A DNA stretch of 64,000 nucleotides from Octopus sinensis. Taxonomy: Eukaryota. The stretch covers positions 40,238,001 through 40,302,000 of the forward strand of contig NC_043003.1 in the NCBI RefSeq assembly GCF_006345805.1, read 5' to 3'. Numbering within the stretch: the first letter of the stretch is position 1; the number at the start of each line of letters is the position of its first letter. The notes beneath the pieces were generated by a model. That model was not told where the DNA came from. It saw only the letters and a list, made by a program, of their open reading frames with translations, and did not search any database. This document shows, piece after piece, positions 38,843 through 53,274 of the stretch. A program made the position numbers and the translations under genes.

Positions 38843-39380
38843 GCCGACTTCGTCGCCATCGTTGTCGTCATCGTCGTCATCGTTGTCGTCATCACCATCA
38901 TCATCTTTGTTGTCGTCGTCGTCGTTGTCATTGTCATCGTTATAATCATTGTCATCTTCATGGAAGACAACAACAACAACAACAACATCAGCAGCAATAG
39001 CAGCAGCAGCAGCAGCAACAACAACAACAACAAGAGGCCAGATTATGATTTATAAAAAAACACACATTTCAATTTTCCTCTATTGTTCGTGGAATACTGG
39101 TTCCTGTAAGTCCCACGGACACAGCGAAGCAAGGTCTCCTGTCGGTTGGCTCAGCCTGAAGAATCAATCACGTGGTTCTTTCCTGCTACATTCTAATGAC
39201 ATGATCGTAATACCTGAGTTGTAACCCCCGCCACCACCACCACCAATGCAGCGAAGTAGTCTCTTGATCATAAAGGCTCCCTGATCTCTGAGCAACGCAC
39301 CGTGTCGAGTAATGTTACTCCAGAGATCTCTCGGTTGAACTCTACTGGAAAATTTCTCAGGGATGCCTTCTGCTTGAAGA
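37788..39380 (-). mobile_element. Possible very decayed piggyBac-like transposon relic, interrupted by (ATC)n
   Basis: Weak peptide similarity only (DLLKISQIFLKS..LPVIRWDGHG resembles the PGBD-type VRFDG-G-H motif). The end carries TTAA-CCT..AGGG-TTAA and is duplicated at 40923-42490. Confidence 0.3.
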
Positions 39381-41083
39381 ACATATAGTTAAGTGCATAT
39401 GTACATGCACATGTTTATGCATACTGAGACGTGTAGACTTTTGTTTTTGTTTGGTGGATATAGAAAATATGCTAAAACACTGCTGTTACTATCCAAAGTG
39501 TATTTTACTTCACCTAAGCATACTTCAGTTGAAACCTAAGCTGCAAAAAGTGGTAACATCATTTTCATCTTCCTATCTAACGTTGTGATCTATGTTCACT
39601 GTAAACGGTTTTGTATTTAACTATTTAAGAGTTTCAAATTGAATGATGTCTCACATTAAAGCAAATCTGCTGGAAAACATGTCGCATAGGAAAAAGGAAA
39701 CTAAGAAAAAAAAAAAAAGCAAAACAAAACAACTTTAAGAAATTCGTGAACATAAAATACTAATTATTGTGAAATTACGAAAATCTTGTAAAACTTACAT
39801 TGATGAAAGAAAAATCCAGAAACGCATTAGTAGATGATAAGAAGCCTTTGGTTAATCCTTAAATGAATTTAAATTGATTTTTATTCTTTCGTTATTAATC
39901 TAATTATGACATTCTCTTTATTGTTCAATGAAAATGAAAAGAAATAAAACATATATATATATGTTTATATATGAGTATATATATATAAGTATATATATAT
40001 GTATATATATATATGTGTGTGTGTATACACACTTATATACATACATATACACACACACACATATATATATATATACATATATATATACATATATATACAT
40101 ATATATACATACATACTTACATATATATATATATACATATATATACATATATACACACACATATATATGTCTATATTTATACATACATATATATATACGT
40201 ATATGTATATATATGAATATATGAATATATAAATGTATATATAAATATACATATATATATACATATATGTATGTATATGTATGTATGTATGTATGTATGT
40301 ATATATGTATGTATGCTGTGTGGGTAGGCAAGTACACCAAAATGCATTCGCAAAATACTCGATAGAACAATACAGTGCAAGCTATCAGCAGAGGCATGAG
40401 AAACACAATATACATCAGACGACTTTATATACGTATACGTGCACACATGTTGCTTTGATCATTAATCATTTACCATTGTAGGGAATTCTCTATAGTGTAG
40501 ATGTGTTGTCGACTAAAGTTTTCCAATCTAGTTTCGTTTTGTGACATGTTGTGCAGTGCATTGACATTTCTCATTGTTATAAGTGTGCGGCGAGCAGCCA
40601 GGAGAGTGTCGTACAATTCTTGTTAAATCCTTAAAAAAAAAATGTTTTAGCCCGGAGGCCGCGGCCATGCTGGGGCACCAAAATGTAATCGTAAAGTTTA
40701 CAATTTTCGTCTTTGCAATCGAATTAATGAATATCGCATAAGTCATTAGAAGTTTATTCAAGGGGCTCAACCCTATCAGATTTGGGCCTAGTGTCTAACT
40801 TTACCATCCACCTGAGCTCCCAAGCCCCCATTTCCGCCAATACATATAGCTGCATACATAGCTCAAGAGTAATGATCGACACAAACTAATGGACAGAATC
40901 AGCTGCCTCTTCTTTTCCTCTGTGAATTGCTCCTTGCCGGGAATCCAGCAGAAATAACGTTTAACCTATTCCCGCTATAGCGGGAATATGGCGTAGCAGG
41001 GTTAAACTTATAGTTTGACGCTAAAAATAACTTTTGCGTCATTATTTCTGTTCTACATTATTAGCGTTAGTTTATGGTTAGAT

Positions 41084-41470
41084 GTGGAGGCGCAATGGCC
41101 CAGTGGTTAGGGCAGCGGACTCGCGGTCATAGGATCGCGGTTTCGATTCCCAGACAGGACGTTGTGAGTGTTTATTGAACGAAAAAACACCTAAAGCTCC
41201 ACGAGGCTCCGGCAGGGGATGGTGGTGATCCCTGCTGTACTCTTTCACCACAACTTTCTCTCACTCTTACTTCCTGTTTCTGTTGTACCTGTATTTCAAA
41301 GAGCCGGCCTTATCACTCTCTGTATCACGCTGAGTATCCCCGAGAACTGCGTTAAGGGTACACGTGTCTGTGGAGTGCTCAGCCACTTACACGTTAATTT
41401 CACGAGCAGGCTGTTCCGTTGATTCGGATCAACCGGAACCCTCGTCGTCGTAACCGACGGAGTGCTTCCA
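41084..41470 (+). mobile_element. Young tRNA-derived SINE with TSD
   Basis: GGCGCAATGGCCCAGTGGTTAGGGC (A box)..GTTTCGATTCC (B box); TSD ATGGTTAGAT on both sides. Confidence 0.9.
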
Positions 41471-43479
41471 GATGGTTAGATATAATGTAGTTATAGCGGT
41501 ATAGCAACCAAGTTTCTCTTACATTAGATAGTATAGCGAATATTTTCTAGTTAGTTTGTTTACCGTTAATGCAATGCTACTTATTATGTTTTCTATTTGG
41601 AAATAGATAAAATTATTTAGCTTTTAAAGTAGGGCTATATAATGATAAAACGGTCACTAACAACTTACTTAAGTGTTATCATTATACGTCAGCCCTAACT
41701 ACAGCTATATAAACGCCATAGAGAAATATACTTTCTGGAACGCTAACGAACATTAACGTGAATGATGCTGGATATTATTTTGTGTTCTTTTAACCGCTTT
41801 AAAAAAATACAGTTTAATGATTACAGAAATACATTTTATATATAGTTGAAGAACGTGAAGAAAGAGAAAACATTTTCTACATTAATTTTTATTATATACA
41901 TTTTGAAGAAAAGTAAATTTTAACTATCTAATTTCTCATTCTAGCTATATTAAATCTCAACAATTCAAACAAAACTTGTTGGATTTTCCTTGGACGTGGC
42001 ATAAAAAATAACCAATGTCTCAAAGGAGTGAGTGTCGAGGAGTTTAGTTACATCCAACAAACACTGAAGTTTTTCCAAAATCCAGGGATTTTATAACTGC
42101 TCAACTTGACTTTAAAGAATCGAAATCACATACAAATATTCTTTAACTAATTCATATATATGAGCAGTTATATTAACCGATGGAAAAACGACAATCATAT
42201 TTCTTCGGCAATACGACATTATGTCATGTTGCCAGCTACCACAAATTGGCGCTCTTATTTAAAAATGGCTACATGCTACATAGTCATATTCCATTTTATG
42301 ACGCTCTGATGATGTATTCACTCTTCTGCAGGAATACATTTGATTCGAGAAATACACTTCATATGCGGGGTTTTGTATTTATGTTTAATGGAGTGTATGA
42401 TGTACTTACTGTGCCTTAATTTTGTCTATATTGTTCAATGTTTTTGACTATCAATTTATAAGAACATTCGATGTTGTTTTGAAGATAATTTTTTTTTATT
42501 ATATATGTTGGTTATCAACGATTACGAATATACAGATAGAAACAGATGTCAGTCTTGAAATCACTTCTTAGAAGGAGATTTAGGTTCTCGACCAGAAAGA
42601 AACACAACATCCTATTAAAAGTTTATAAACCATAAATAAAATGTATGACATGAATCAAAGGTATACGAATGATAGGTGAACGTATTATGTAAACCTTAAA
42701 AGCAGGATCCAAAAGAATTCTCCAAGCCTTAAATTAATCGGAGTCATATACACCTTGCCTTGGGCCTTAAATCCCTGACGGGTCATCAACTCCCAAGCTA
42801 CATTGTATGTTATAAAGGTAAGTCTTGGACAGTTTTAGATCTAGCGGAGCTCGTCTTCCTCCAAGTTGGACCACTGCATGTTCTTTTCCGGAAAGAGAAA
42901 AAGAGAGAAGAGAGGGTGAGAGAGAGAGAGGGAGAGAGAAAGGGATAGAAAGAGAAGGAAATAGAGAGAGAAAGAGGTAGAGAGAGAGAGAGAGATGGGA
43001 GAGAGAGAAAGAAAGCGATAGAGAGATAGATAGAGTGAAAGAGAGAAAGTGAGAGAGAGAACAAAGTATTGAAGTCAGTACACGACTGTTATTTTATTTA
43101 TCAAGCCCCAAAAGATGAAAGGTAAAGTTGAACCCCGATGCAATTTGAACTCGCAATGAAAAAAAAAAGAAATAAAAAGAAAAACAGCTAGAATACTGCA
43201 AGACAATCTATCCGCACCACTCAGTCAGTTCACTGCTTTAATGATATACCACCAAAACACTGAAATTATATATGTGAAAAAAAAATCTTAACACCAACAA
43301 TAAGCTACAAACATGTAAACTCGCGAACAAGCTACATATATGTCAAATACGGTTTACGAATTTGACTGTAAACGTAAAATTACAAAATTTACGACTTACT
43401 ACAATTATTGGACAGACAAGCACGATACACACAAGCTGCTTCTTCAGACAATGAGTAATTGCAATGCACTAAACCAACT

Positions 43480-43510
<31 letters not shown>

Positions 43511-43512
43511 CA

Positions 43513-43559
<47 letters not shown>

Positions 43560-43943
43560 AATATATATATTTATATCTAGATAGGGAACATAAGTACATA
43601 AGACACACACGCACGCACACAGACACACGCATACATATACACCAGCACACATACATTGCTCATACGTACACACACGGCCATACATAGCTGTTCGAAGGGT
43701 TAGTAGTACATTTACTTGTTAGCTACTATCAAGAAGAAAAGGAAAAAAAAAATTCGAGATATTATTACGTCGCGGATCAATATTTGTTTATTAAATCGTT
43801 TCTTTACAAACTACAGTGTGTTTCAATTTCAACGAAATAATTTAACACACACACACACACAAAGTCAGCAGACATGTATACGTGTGTGCATGTACGTATG
43901 TATGTATGAATGTATATATTATGTGTGTATTAGTCTGTGAATG

Positions 43944-43978
<35 letters not shown>

Positions 43979-44214
43979 TGTATACATATATTCTACATAT
44001 ATTCTATTCTATCATTATATACATACATACACATGTGTATATATATATGTATGTATATATGTATGTATATATATATATATATATGTATGTATATATATAT
44101 ATATATATATAATATATATATATATAATTATATATATATATATAATATATATATTATATATATATATATATGTATGTATATATGTATGTATATATATATA
44201 TATATGTATATATG

Positions 44215-44261
<47 letters not shown>

Positions 44262-44302
44262 TGATATATATTGTAAAAAATTATATCATATATATATATA
44301 AT

Positions 44303-44336
<34 letters not shown>

Positions 44337-44373
44337 ATGTATATATATATATGTATATATGTATATATATGTA

Positions 44374-44428
<55 letters not shown>

Positions 44429-45643
44429 GTAGACAAACACACGCCTATTAAACAAGATTCATTCGCAGCTGTACACCAATTTGAAAGGGTAAAAAAAATA
44501 CTCCAACAAAGCTGATATGTTTCTAAACACGTATACATCACTTAGTATTTAGATATCGATTTCTTTAATCTTAAATAAGTGTTTTTATTCAATTTAGTAT
44601 TTGATATTATTTATATTAAAAACGGTATTTGATTGGCAGGCTGGGTAATGAATCGAACATAAAGCTGTGTCAAATTCAGTTACGTCCCTTTAAAATTCTG
44701 AGCTTGACTTTGCCTTTCAACCTTCTTGGATCAATAATATAATTACTGAATCACTTTTATCTTTAGCAAATTTCTGGTGTTGTGCTTCATTTACAAATCA
44801 ATAACGTTTATATTTTAAAAAAACAAAAGCAAAAAAAAAAACCAACAAAAACATAAACACACAGAAAAACAAACAAAAAAAAAAGAACAAAACAATGACT
44901 AAAAAAAGCCAACTTAAAACCTTAACCACTAAATGACACATTCTGAATTTAAAAGCTACAGAAGTCATCTTTGATTGTTACCATTCTGGGGTCGATAAAA
45001 TATGCACCATTATAGTTCCCCGGTCAATAAAATAAATACAAGTTGCAAGCGTAGTTGTATGTTTTTGTGGTTCGCTTTTCGACCACATTGTGTGGTGTTC
45101 GGTATTATTACAACGCAGCTTGGTTAACTGCTTTTTTTTTTTTTTTTACCATGGTCTTAAGTTGGCTTAATGACTTGTAGAGTTCGGTATACGGAAACTA
45201 CGCAAGAATATGTCGCACACATACACACACACACATAAGTTTCGGTCAGAAGTGGTCCAGGCCATGTCTAACTTAATAGCACCACCAGGAAAAAAAACAT
45301 TTAATGTTGTTTCATATTACAGTCTATCTTTGGGCACCATAGCCCATTCGAATAAAGGGTACTTGCTTTGGTGTAGGTGGTTTCTCTGGAATTTGTTGGA
45401 GATAGTCATCCAGTAACTGTTAGAATGTTATGAGATCGTTTGCTTCTCTTATGTATCTTGGCATGATATTAAAGAAAGCAGGGCCTGTTGAGGTGAAATA
45501 GTTCTTAGTGTTGTGATGTGACGCAAACATGATTTTTGTAGAGGATGGATGACACGAAGAACAAGTTTAGGGTGAATTTTAAAGCTGAAGCCAACATCAT
45601 TTGGGCAACGCTATTGGAATATTTTCTATATCATATCAATATA

Positions 45644-46889
45644 TTATGTCGTCAAGTATGAAATTTGTAGAAAAGAAAAAAAAAAGTTTGCTAATATTTT
45701 ATAAATACAAGGAATAGTTTTATTCATTAAAGTATGCACCCATATTGTCAATACACTTTTGCTATTTCAGCGGTAGCTTGTCTATCCCGGAACTGTAAAA
45801 GACTGGCAATCTAGAGTCAAGAAAATCTTGGAAGGCCTGTTTTATAGCATCGTCGGAACTGAATTTTTTTCCTATCAAAAACTTATCCAAATTCTGGAAG
45901 AAGTGGTAGTGGTAATCAGGTGAGTATGGTGGATGATGGATAACTTCCAACTTCAACTCCTGTAGTTTCGCCAATGTCATTTTTGCGATGTGTGCTCTGG
46001 CGTTGTCTTGCAATAAAATAGGAGTGGATCTATTGACTAATCTAGGCTGTTTATTTGTAAGTTTCTGCATCATTTGGTCCAGTTGGCTGCAGTATACTTC
46101 GGCCGTGATTTATGAGCCAGGTTTAATGAAATCATAATGGATCACACCTGCGGCAAACCACCAAACATACACCATCAGCTTCTTTTGATGAATTTTGCTA
46201 TTTAGACTGTGTTTTGGTGGCTCGTCTTTGTCCAACCATTCTGCTGAACGCTTACGGTTGTTGTATTGGATCCATTTCTCATCACATGATACAATTCGAT
46301 TATAAAATGATTAATTTTTGTGACGAGGAAGTAGCTGTTTCTGATTTTCACCGTTGCTGTTTCTGATTTTCATGGAGTTCATGTGGAACCCACTTATCCA
46401 ACTTTTTCACTTTACCGATTTAGCTAGGTGAGTCAATATTGTTTGCTTGTTAACACCAAACAACAACGATAATTCACGGGCACTTTGAAATGGATTTGAC
46501 GCGATGGTGGCTTTCAGTTCGTCATTATCCACCATTGTTTCTGGTCGACCGCGTTGCTCATTTGTGAAGTCAAAGTTACCGGAACGAAATTTTGCAAACC
46601 AATTTGATACTGTCTGCTGTGTAATAACATTAGAGTGAGATGCTCCATTAATATTCCGAACTGTCTGTGATTTCAAAACTGTACCTATTTCCGACTTATC
46701 CATCTCTAAACAAAAATAGCAGAAAACGATTTATAAATACTTTATAAAGCGCAAAATGAATTAGAATAAAGAAATAGATGTGTCAGCTTTCTAACAATAA
46801 ATATTGTCAAAATATAATAATGGCGCAAAATGAGCAGCTGTCACAGTTTACCAATTACTTTATTACAGATTTCATACTTCATGACCGAA
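45644..46889 (-). mobile_element. Full-length but inactivated mariner (DD34D-type) transposon
   Basis: TIRs TTATGTCGTCAAGTATGAAATTTGTA / TTCGGTCATGAAGTATGAAATCTGTA with TA flanks; motifs WFAKFRSG, RGRP, WVPHEL, LLQDNARAH and HPPYSPD. Confidence 0.93.
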
Positions 46890-47259
46890 TATCTTTCTAT
46901 ATGTTTATATCATTTGCAATTGTGTATCGACGAAAGATTTAAACGTCAGCGAGAAAAGGAAAATTCCAGGACAGACAATCCTTTGCTATAACTGCTATCA
47001 GAAATGCAGTGAATCAGTAATTATTTGAAAATCTGTAAATAGATGTTTGGCTACATTAAATTGTTTACTAAATGTAATGTAAAGCAAAGGTAAAACAAAT
47101 AAGCATTGCATCTATAAAGTAAGTTATAGTTCAAGAACTAGTGTGAATAAAATAAGGATTGAGAACTGGTATCGGTATAATAAGTAGAGGTCAAGAACTG
47201 GTATGAATATAATAACGGTTAAGAACTGGTGTCAGTAAAATAAGAAGCGTTAAAGAAAT

Positions 47260-47475
47260 GCTCTTTTACTCTTTTACTTGTTTCAGTCATTTGACTGCGG
47301 CCATGCTGGAGCACCGTCTTTAGTCGAGAAAATCGACCCCAGGACTTATTCTTTGTAAGCCTAGTACTTATTCTATCGGTCTTTTTTGCCGAACCGCTAA
47401 ATTACGGGGACGTAAACACACCAGCATCGGTTGTCAAGCGATGTTGTGGGGGGGGGGACAAACACAGACACACAA

Positions 47476-47514
<39 letters not shown>

Positions 47515-47690
47515 CATATATGCGATTGGCTTCTTTCAGTTTCCGTCTACCAAATCCACTCACAAGGCTTTGGTCGGCCCGAGGCTATAGTAGAAGACAC
47601 TTACCCAAAGTTCCACGCAGTGGAACTGAACCCGGAACCATGTGGCTGGTAAGCAACCTACTTACCACACAGCCACTCCTGCCACTCCTG
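47260..47690 (-). mobile_element. Full-length tRNA-derived SINE
   Basis: Colinear with 7120-7548. Confidence 0.88.
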
Positions 47691-47704
47691 CTGTGAATAA
47701 TATT

Positions 47705-47919
47705 GATTTCAAATTTTGGCACAAGGCCAGTAATATTCGGGGGAGGGGGTAAGTTGATTACATCGACTCCAGTGTTTAAGTGATACTTATTTTATCGACC
47801 TCGAAAGGATGAAAGGCAAAGTCGACGTCGGTGGAATTTGAACTCAGAGCACAAAGACGGACGAAATGCCGCTAAGTATTTTACCCGTTGCTAACGATTC
47901 TGCCAACTCGCCGACTTAA
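47705..47919 (-). mobile_element. Nin-domain SINE with 16-bp TSD
   Basis: TGCTGTGAATAATATT at 47689-47704 and 47920-47935; Nin core (GCCTTTCATCCTTTCGAGGTCGATAAA on the minus strand). Confidence 0.9.
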
Positions 47920-48452
47920 TGCTGTGAATAATATTAATTGATAATGGTGTCAATATATTTAGTATCGGCCAAGACTTGGAATCAATAGAATATGGAGCAG
48001 TCAAGAAAGGTATGAATAAAATAAGGAGTCAAGAACTGATTTCATATAAGTCCTAGTTAAGAACACGTATCAGTAGAATAAACACCGGTCAACAAACAAT
48101 TGATATCCATGAAATAAGTAGCGGTCAAGAACTGCGGTCAGTATCATACATAGAGGTCAGGGATTAGTTTGAATAAAATAAAAAGCGGTCCAAAACTGAT
48201 CTCAGTTTGATTGTTCCGACCCATGAAATACCAGAACTGACGTTTTTACAGCCATCACTCCTAGCTAACGTGGAATCTCTAGGTGGTTTAATGACCTGCT
48301 ACAAATAATAAAAAAATTAAAAAAAACCTAAAAAAAAAAACAAAAACAAAAAAGAACTCTCTTGTTTCATTCTAGGTAATGCCATTGGTCACAAAGCATA
48401 GTGACCACTGACACTAATGCTTATTATATTCAGAACGAATATAATAATAATG

Positions 48453-48557
<105 letters not shown>

Positions 48558-48586
48558 ATAATAGTAGTAGTAACAACAACAACAAC

Positions 48587-48643
<57 letters not shown>

Positions 48644-48644
48644 T

Positions 48645-50368
48645 ATCATCATTGTTCGACCGTGGTCGAGACAATGGAATTTACTATGTTACGCCAGACT
48701 TCACGGTCCATCATAGCATTACGGAGGTCCTGTTGCTGGATGCCTGTATCCCTGGAGATTACATCAGGGTAGGAGAGTGTGCGCCCTCTGGTATTGCGAG
48801 TAGATGGCTTCCAGAGGAGAAGAGTAGAAATTACTTCTTTTTCAGCTCTACAACAATGTCCAGCAAACTGGACTCTCCTACCTTTCACAAGAGATGACAC
48901 AGGTGGTAGTTTCCCATATATTTGCATTTTGGTTGGATGGCGCTTCCACGAGAGATTTTGAGCTCTCATAAGGAGGCGAGTGTAGGTTCCATCCAACCGC
49001 CTCTCAAGCTTCTTTGATAACGTCCAGGTTTCTGAGCCATATAGTAGAATTGGTTTGACTGTGGCTTTGAATATTTCAAGTTTGAAGTCTCTACTTAGAT
49101 TTGATGACCAGATCTTATGCATGTCATTACAGGCTGACCAGGCCATACCCTTTCTAGTTAGAAAGTCTTTTCCAGATGATGATATGTATGACCCAAGATA
49201 TTTATAATCAGAAACCATATTTAAAGGCGCACTGTTGAGAGTATGGATGATGCAATCACTGTTGGACAGGCACTTGTTTATGTATTCAGTTTTGGTCTCA
49301 TTGAGGTAAAGACCTACACAATTTGAGGCTTGTTCAAGGGATTGTAAAAGAGACTGGGCATTGGAGAGAGAATCACTGATAAGAGCGATGTCGTCAGCAA
49401 AGTCAGTGTCTGTCAAGTACTCAGCTGGGTGTCTGGAACTTCTTCTTGGTTTTATTTCAAAGCCTTTGCCAGAGATGGTATCAACTGACATACGTAGCAC
49501 ATAATCAACAACAATGATGAAAAAAAATGGGGCGAGTGTGTCTCCCTACAGTATTCCGGCTTTGATTGAGAAAGATGATGTTTCTCCATCAGGGGTTAAG
49601 ATGGTTGAAGACGTATCTGTGTAGAGGACCTTGATGGCAGAAATAATTTTGTCTGGTATCCCATAGAGCTTAAGGATTTCAAACATCTTGTACCTATCTA
49701 CAGAATCGAACGCTTTAGAAAAGTCTACAAATACCATAGCAAGATCGCGATTAAATGATTTTGATTCTTCAATAAGTCTGCGCAGGCATAGTATCTGGCT
49801 CAGCGTTGAGCGCCTATGTCTGAATCCATTTTGGTTCTTTCGGAGCAAAGGTTCAACAAAAAGGACAAGACAATTTAGGATCAGTTTGTTGTACAGTTTT
49901 GCAGCAATTGACATTAGAGATATACCCCTGTAGTTGGTGACGATGGATAAATCGCCTTTTTTGGGTATTGGAATGATTTGAGATTGGTGCCAAATCTTTG
50001 GAGCGACAAAGGTGGAAAGTGTGTGGTTGCAGAGGTTGAGCAAAAGTGTGTGAAATCTATCATCCTTCCAAATTACAGCTGGGATGTTGTCGGGACCAAA
50101 TGCTTTCGAGGCTTTTAGTTGCTTGGTGGCTGCTGTTAGTTCAAATATGGTAAAAGGGGAGGTGTTGATGTCCAGCGTGTCTGATATAGGCACACTTGGA
50201 AGAGTGGGGTTATCAGGGATTTTGGCATTCTTCCCAAGGAGGTTTTTAAAATGGGTTGACCAATTTTCTAAACGCTTCTTAGCTGATCCCCCTTTAATTC
50301 TAATTGATAACCCAGAATTTTTGCCTGATAGGTCTTTGATGGATTTCCAGGCGAGATGGTGTTTTTTA
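48645..50368 (-). mobile_element. Young 5'-truncated RTE-superfamily (RTEX/Proto2-like) LINE; RT frame broken by one TAG
   Basis: PIPKKGDLS..NYRGISL, FVDFSKAFDS, GIL*GDTLAP, DFADDIAL and LLYGSETW; flanked by (TAA)n arrays. Confidence 0.92.
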
Positions 50369-50369
50369 C

Positions 50370-50408
<39 letters not shown>

Positions 50409-51125
50409 TGATGATGATGATGATAGTAAGTCACTAATATGACCATCTGTATCATCAGGACTGGTGCTACCAATATCACAACCGCGTCACCACTAATGCC
50501 AACGCTAATACTTGACCATCTCTAAAATCTCTACAAACACCTCCAAACCAACTCCACCGACACTAACACCACAAATACCACGATCACCGCCACCATCATC
50601 ACTACCGTCACCATCGTTACCACGACTATTATTATCACCACTACGCGAGTTTAAATGTCCTTTTCGTCTTATCGGGACTTCAAGAACTCTGAAAATAAAA
50701 AAATAAAAACACATGTACGAAAGGTTTAAAAGATGTATAAAAAAATACAAAGAACATATGACAGTGATATGCAAGATATAAAAGATATATAAGAATGATA
50801 TAAAAGTAAATAAAAGAAAGATATGAATGACATATAGGAATCATAAAAAAAGCATAGCATATAAAACATAAATAACATATAAAACCGATATAAAAGTCAT
50901 ATAACAAAGATGTAAATGACGTATAAAAATGATATCAAAGATATTTAAGAAAAGTATAAAAGATGTACAAGAACAGTATAAAAGACATATAAGAAAGATA
51001 TAAACGGCATACAAGAGAGGTATAATGTTCTACTTTCAGTCTTTTGTTTTCTACCTCTTTGATTCTTCAATCAATAAATGTTATCTTAGTGCAGTTTAAC
51101 TGGATATAGTAATTCGCTCCAAAGT

Positions 51126-51168
<43 letters not shown>

Positions 51169-51268
51169 CCTATTCCATTCCACAGAAATAAAATGTAAAC
51201 GTTTAATGAATGAATAAGTACAAGACAGAAATGGAGGAATAAAAAGAGAGAACAAGAACAGGAACAGC

Positions 51269-51304
<36 letters not shown>

Positions 51305-52129
51305 AACAACAACAACAACAACAACAACAATAACAGTAACAGAAACAAAATGAATTCGGCAAACTAAAAGAATGAAAGCAGAAAGAAAGATGAAGCTGAA
51401 ACGGAGGAAAGCGAGTCAAATGTAAGAAACAAAATTAATATAAGATCAAGAAAGAAAGAAAGAAGAAAGAAAGAAAGAAAGAAAGAAAGGCAAAATCAAA
51501 CGTAAACCAGAAGAAATCGAAGAGAAAAAAGGAACGAAAAGGGAAAAGAAAGGAGAAAGCAAGAGAAAAAGAAAGGAATGCATTGAAGAAATAATGAAAA
51601 TAGAATTAAAAATAGAAAGAAAGGAAGAAATTGAAAAGGAAGTAAAAATGAAAAGCAAGAAATAAACGCTAAAATTAAAACAGCAAAAAAAAAAAAAATG
51701 AAATAAAGTTAAATTTTCCGAATTCCAAAACTTCCATTAAGAAAAAGACGGGAAATATAATAAAAAGAAGACGAATATATTTTAGCTACCGTATGGCTTC
51801 TGTCAAAAGTACCCGGGTTGCTACAAATGCTACGGAAACAAAAATTCAAACAAACAGGCGATATTTTAAAAACCTCTTCATATTGTCGTCTGCTAACCCA
51901 CATTTTGTAAAATTTAATTTGATAACAAATTTCCATTCATTAAATGTTCTATTCATATTAATTTTTGATTTATTGTTTTTGTTCTTAGGTATTTTTGAAG
52001 TTTGCTTTTGTTTTCGTTTATTTGTTTTTTCGTTTTTTCTTTCAGTTTTGTTCGTTTATGTATTTATTATATCCATCCGTTCCTTTCTGGTTTCGTTCTG
52101 CTCAGTCATACATTGTTTGTAAAAGAAAC

Positions 52130-52410
52130 CCGAGGCAACGACCATTCTTCAGTTTCTGACACAGACTCACACAAACTCACACAGTCCGCCCCCCTTCTCC
52201 ACACTCATATATCTCACGTGTTGCCCGTGGGAGAATATGAACTTGGTTCAGCAACCTAATGAACCAGTCACCAGTTACACACTGCATCTTGCTAAATACA
52301 GTAGCGAACTGTAATTTCTCTCTTAACTCTAACTGCAAAGTGAACTGGCTTGTTATAAATTAAAGCTCTATGCTCCTTTCTATCCAATCAGTCAGCCATC
52401 TTGCAGCTCT
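52130..52410 (-). promoter_or_regulatory. Possible Pol II promoter / first-exon-like unique sequence
   Basis: Non-repeat island with CCAATCAG (about 52384), TTATAA (about 52352), E-box CACGTG and GC box CCGCCC. Motif evidence only. Confidence 0.2.
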
Positions 52411-52822
52411 CTGAAACAAACTTACGTGATATTAAACAAAATAGGACTTCTTTCTTTCTTTCTTTCTTGCTTTCTATTTATCATACACACATACACAAAC
52501 ACGCATATATCTCGTTTACCGATCCCATATACACATATACCTCAATAAACCTTCGTGTTTGAAGGCGGAAAATATTATTTGATAAAATGAACTCTATACA
52601 GTTACATCGATTTACCACTAGGGCAGTATTTACCAGTACCTAAAACTTGAGTTACATCTAAGAAATTATGTGACGTAGCTGAAGTTCGTTTTTTCCCGTT
52701 GGTTTAATTCACAGACACATAAAGTCATAGTACCGACTAATCTAATGAGTCATTGTGCACACTTAGTGATATCTTTCGTAGGCGAATTAAATTTGCACTG
52801 CCTTGGTTCAAATGCACCTACC

Positions 52823-52876
<54 letters not shown>

Positions 52877-52903
52877 CATATATAATTATTATCATCATTA
52901 CTA

Positions 52904-52962
<59 letters not shown>

Positions 52963-53227
52963 ACTTCATAACATTTTTCTTAATACTTTTTTTTATAGTG
53001 TTCGAAGGAAGCTCTAGCTTTCGTTATTACATATAATAATATAAACAATTTATAATTTTTATATATTATATATGTAAAGCATAATATGTTATACATGTAT
53101 GTATATTGTTATAATCGCTTTTTAAAATAAATAAATAAATAAATAAATAAATAGACTTAATATTATGTCAAAAAGTTGATGAATATCACCTCTTGATCCC
53201 CTCCATTTTCTTATTGTTGTATATATA

Positions 53228-53274
<47 letters not shown>

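Larger units (their letters stand above)
47125..48205. repeat. Degenerate ~28-32-bp minisatellite (GTCAAGAACTGGTATGAATAAAATAAG..) split by two SINEs
   Basis: At least 4 units lie before 47250 and about 8 after 47965. Confidence 0.75.

Noticed and set aside
41087-41160. tRNA gene
   Set aside because: The tRNA-like head continues into a SINE body with a TSD; the same applies to 56787-56850.
42305-42345. CTGATGA followed by a 7-bp stem (hammerhead?)
   Set aside because: There is no GAAA after the stem and no stem I or III; the same applies to the CTGAAGA motifs near 39157, 43445 (-) and 55843.
47125-48205. CRISPR-like repeat/spacer appearance
   Set aside because: Units are degenerate, the 'spacers' are homologous, there are no cas genes and the context is eukaryotic.
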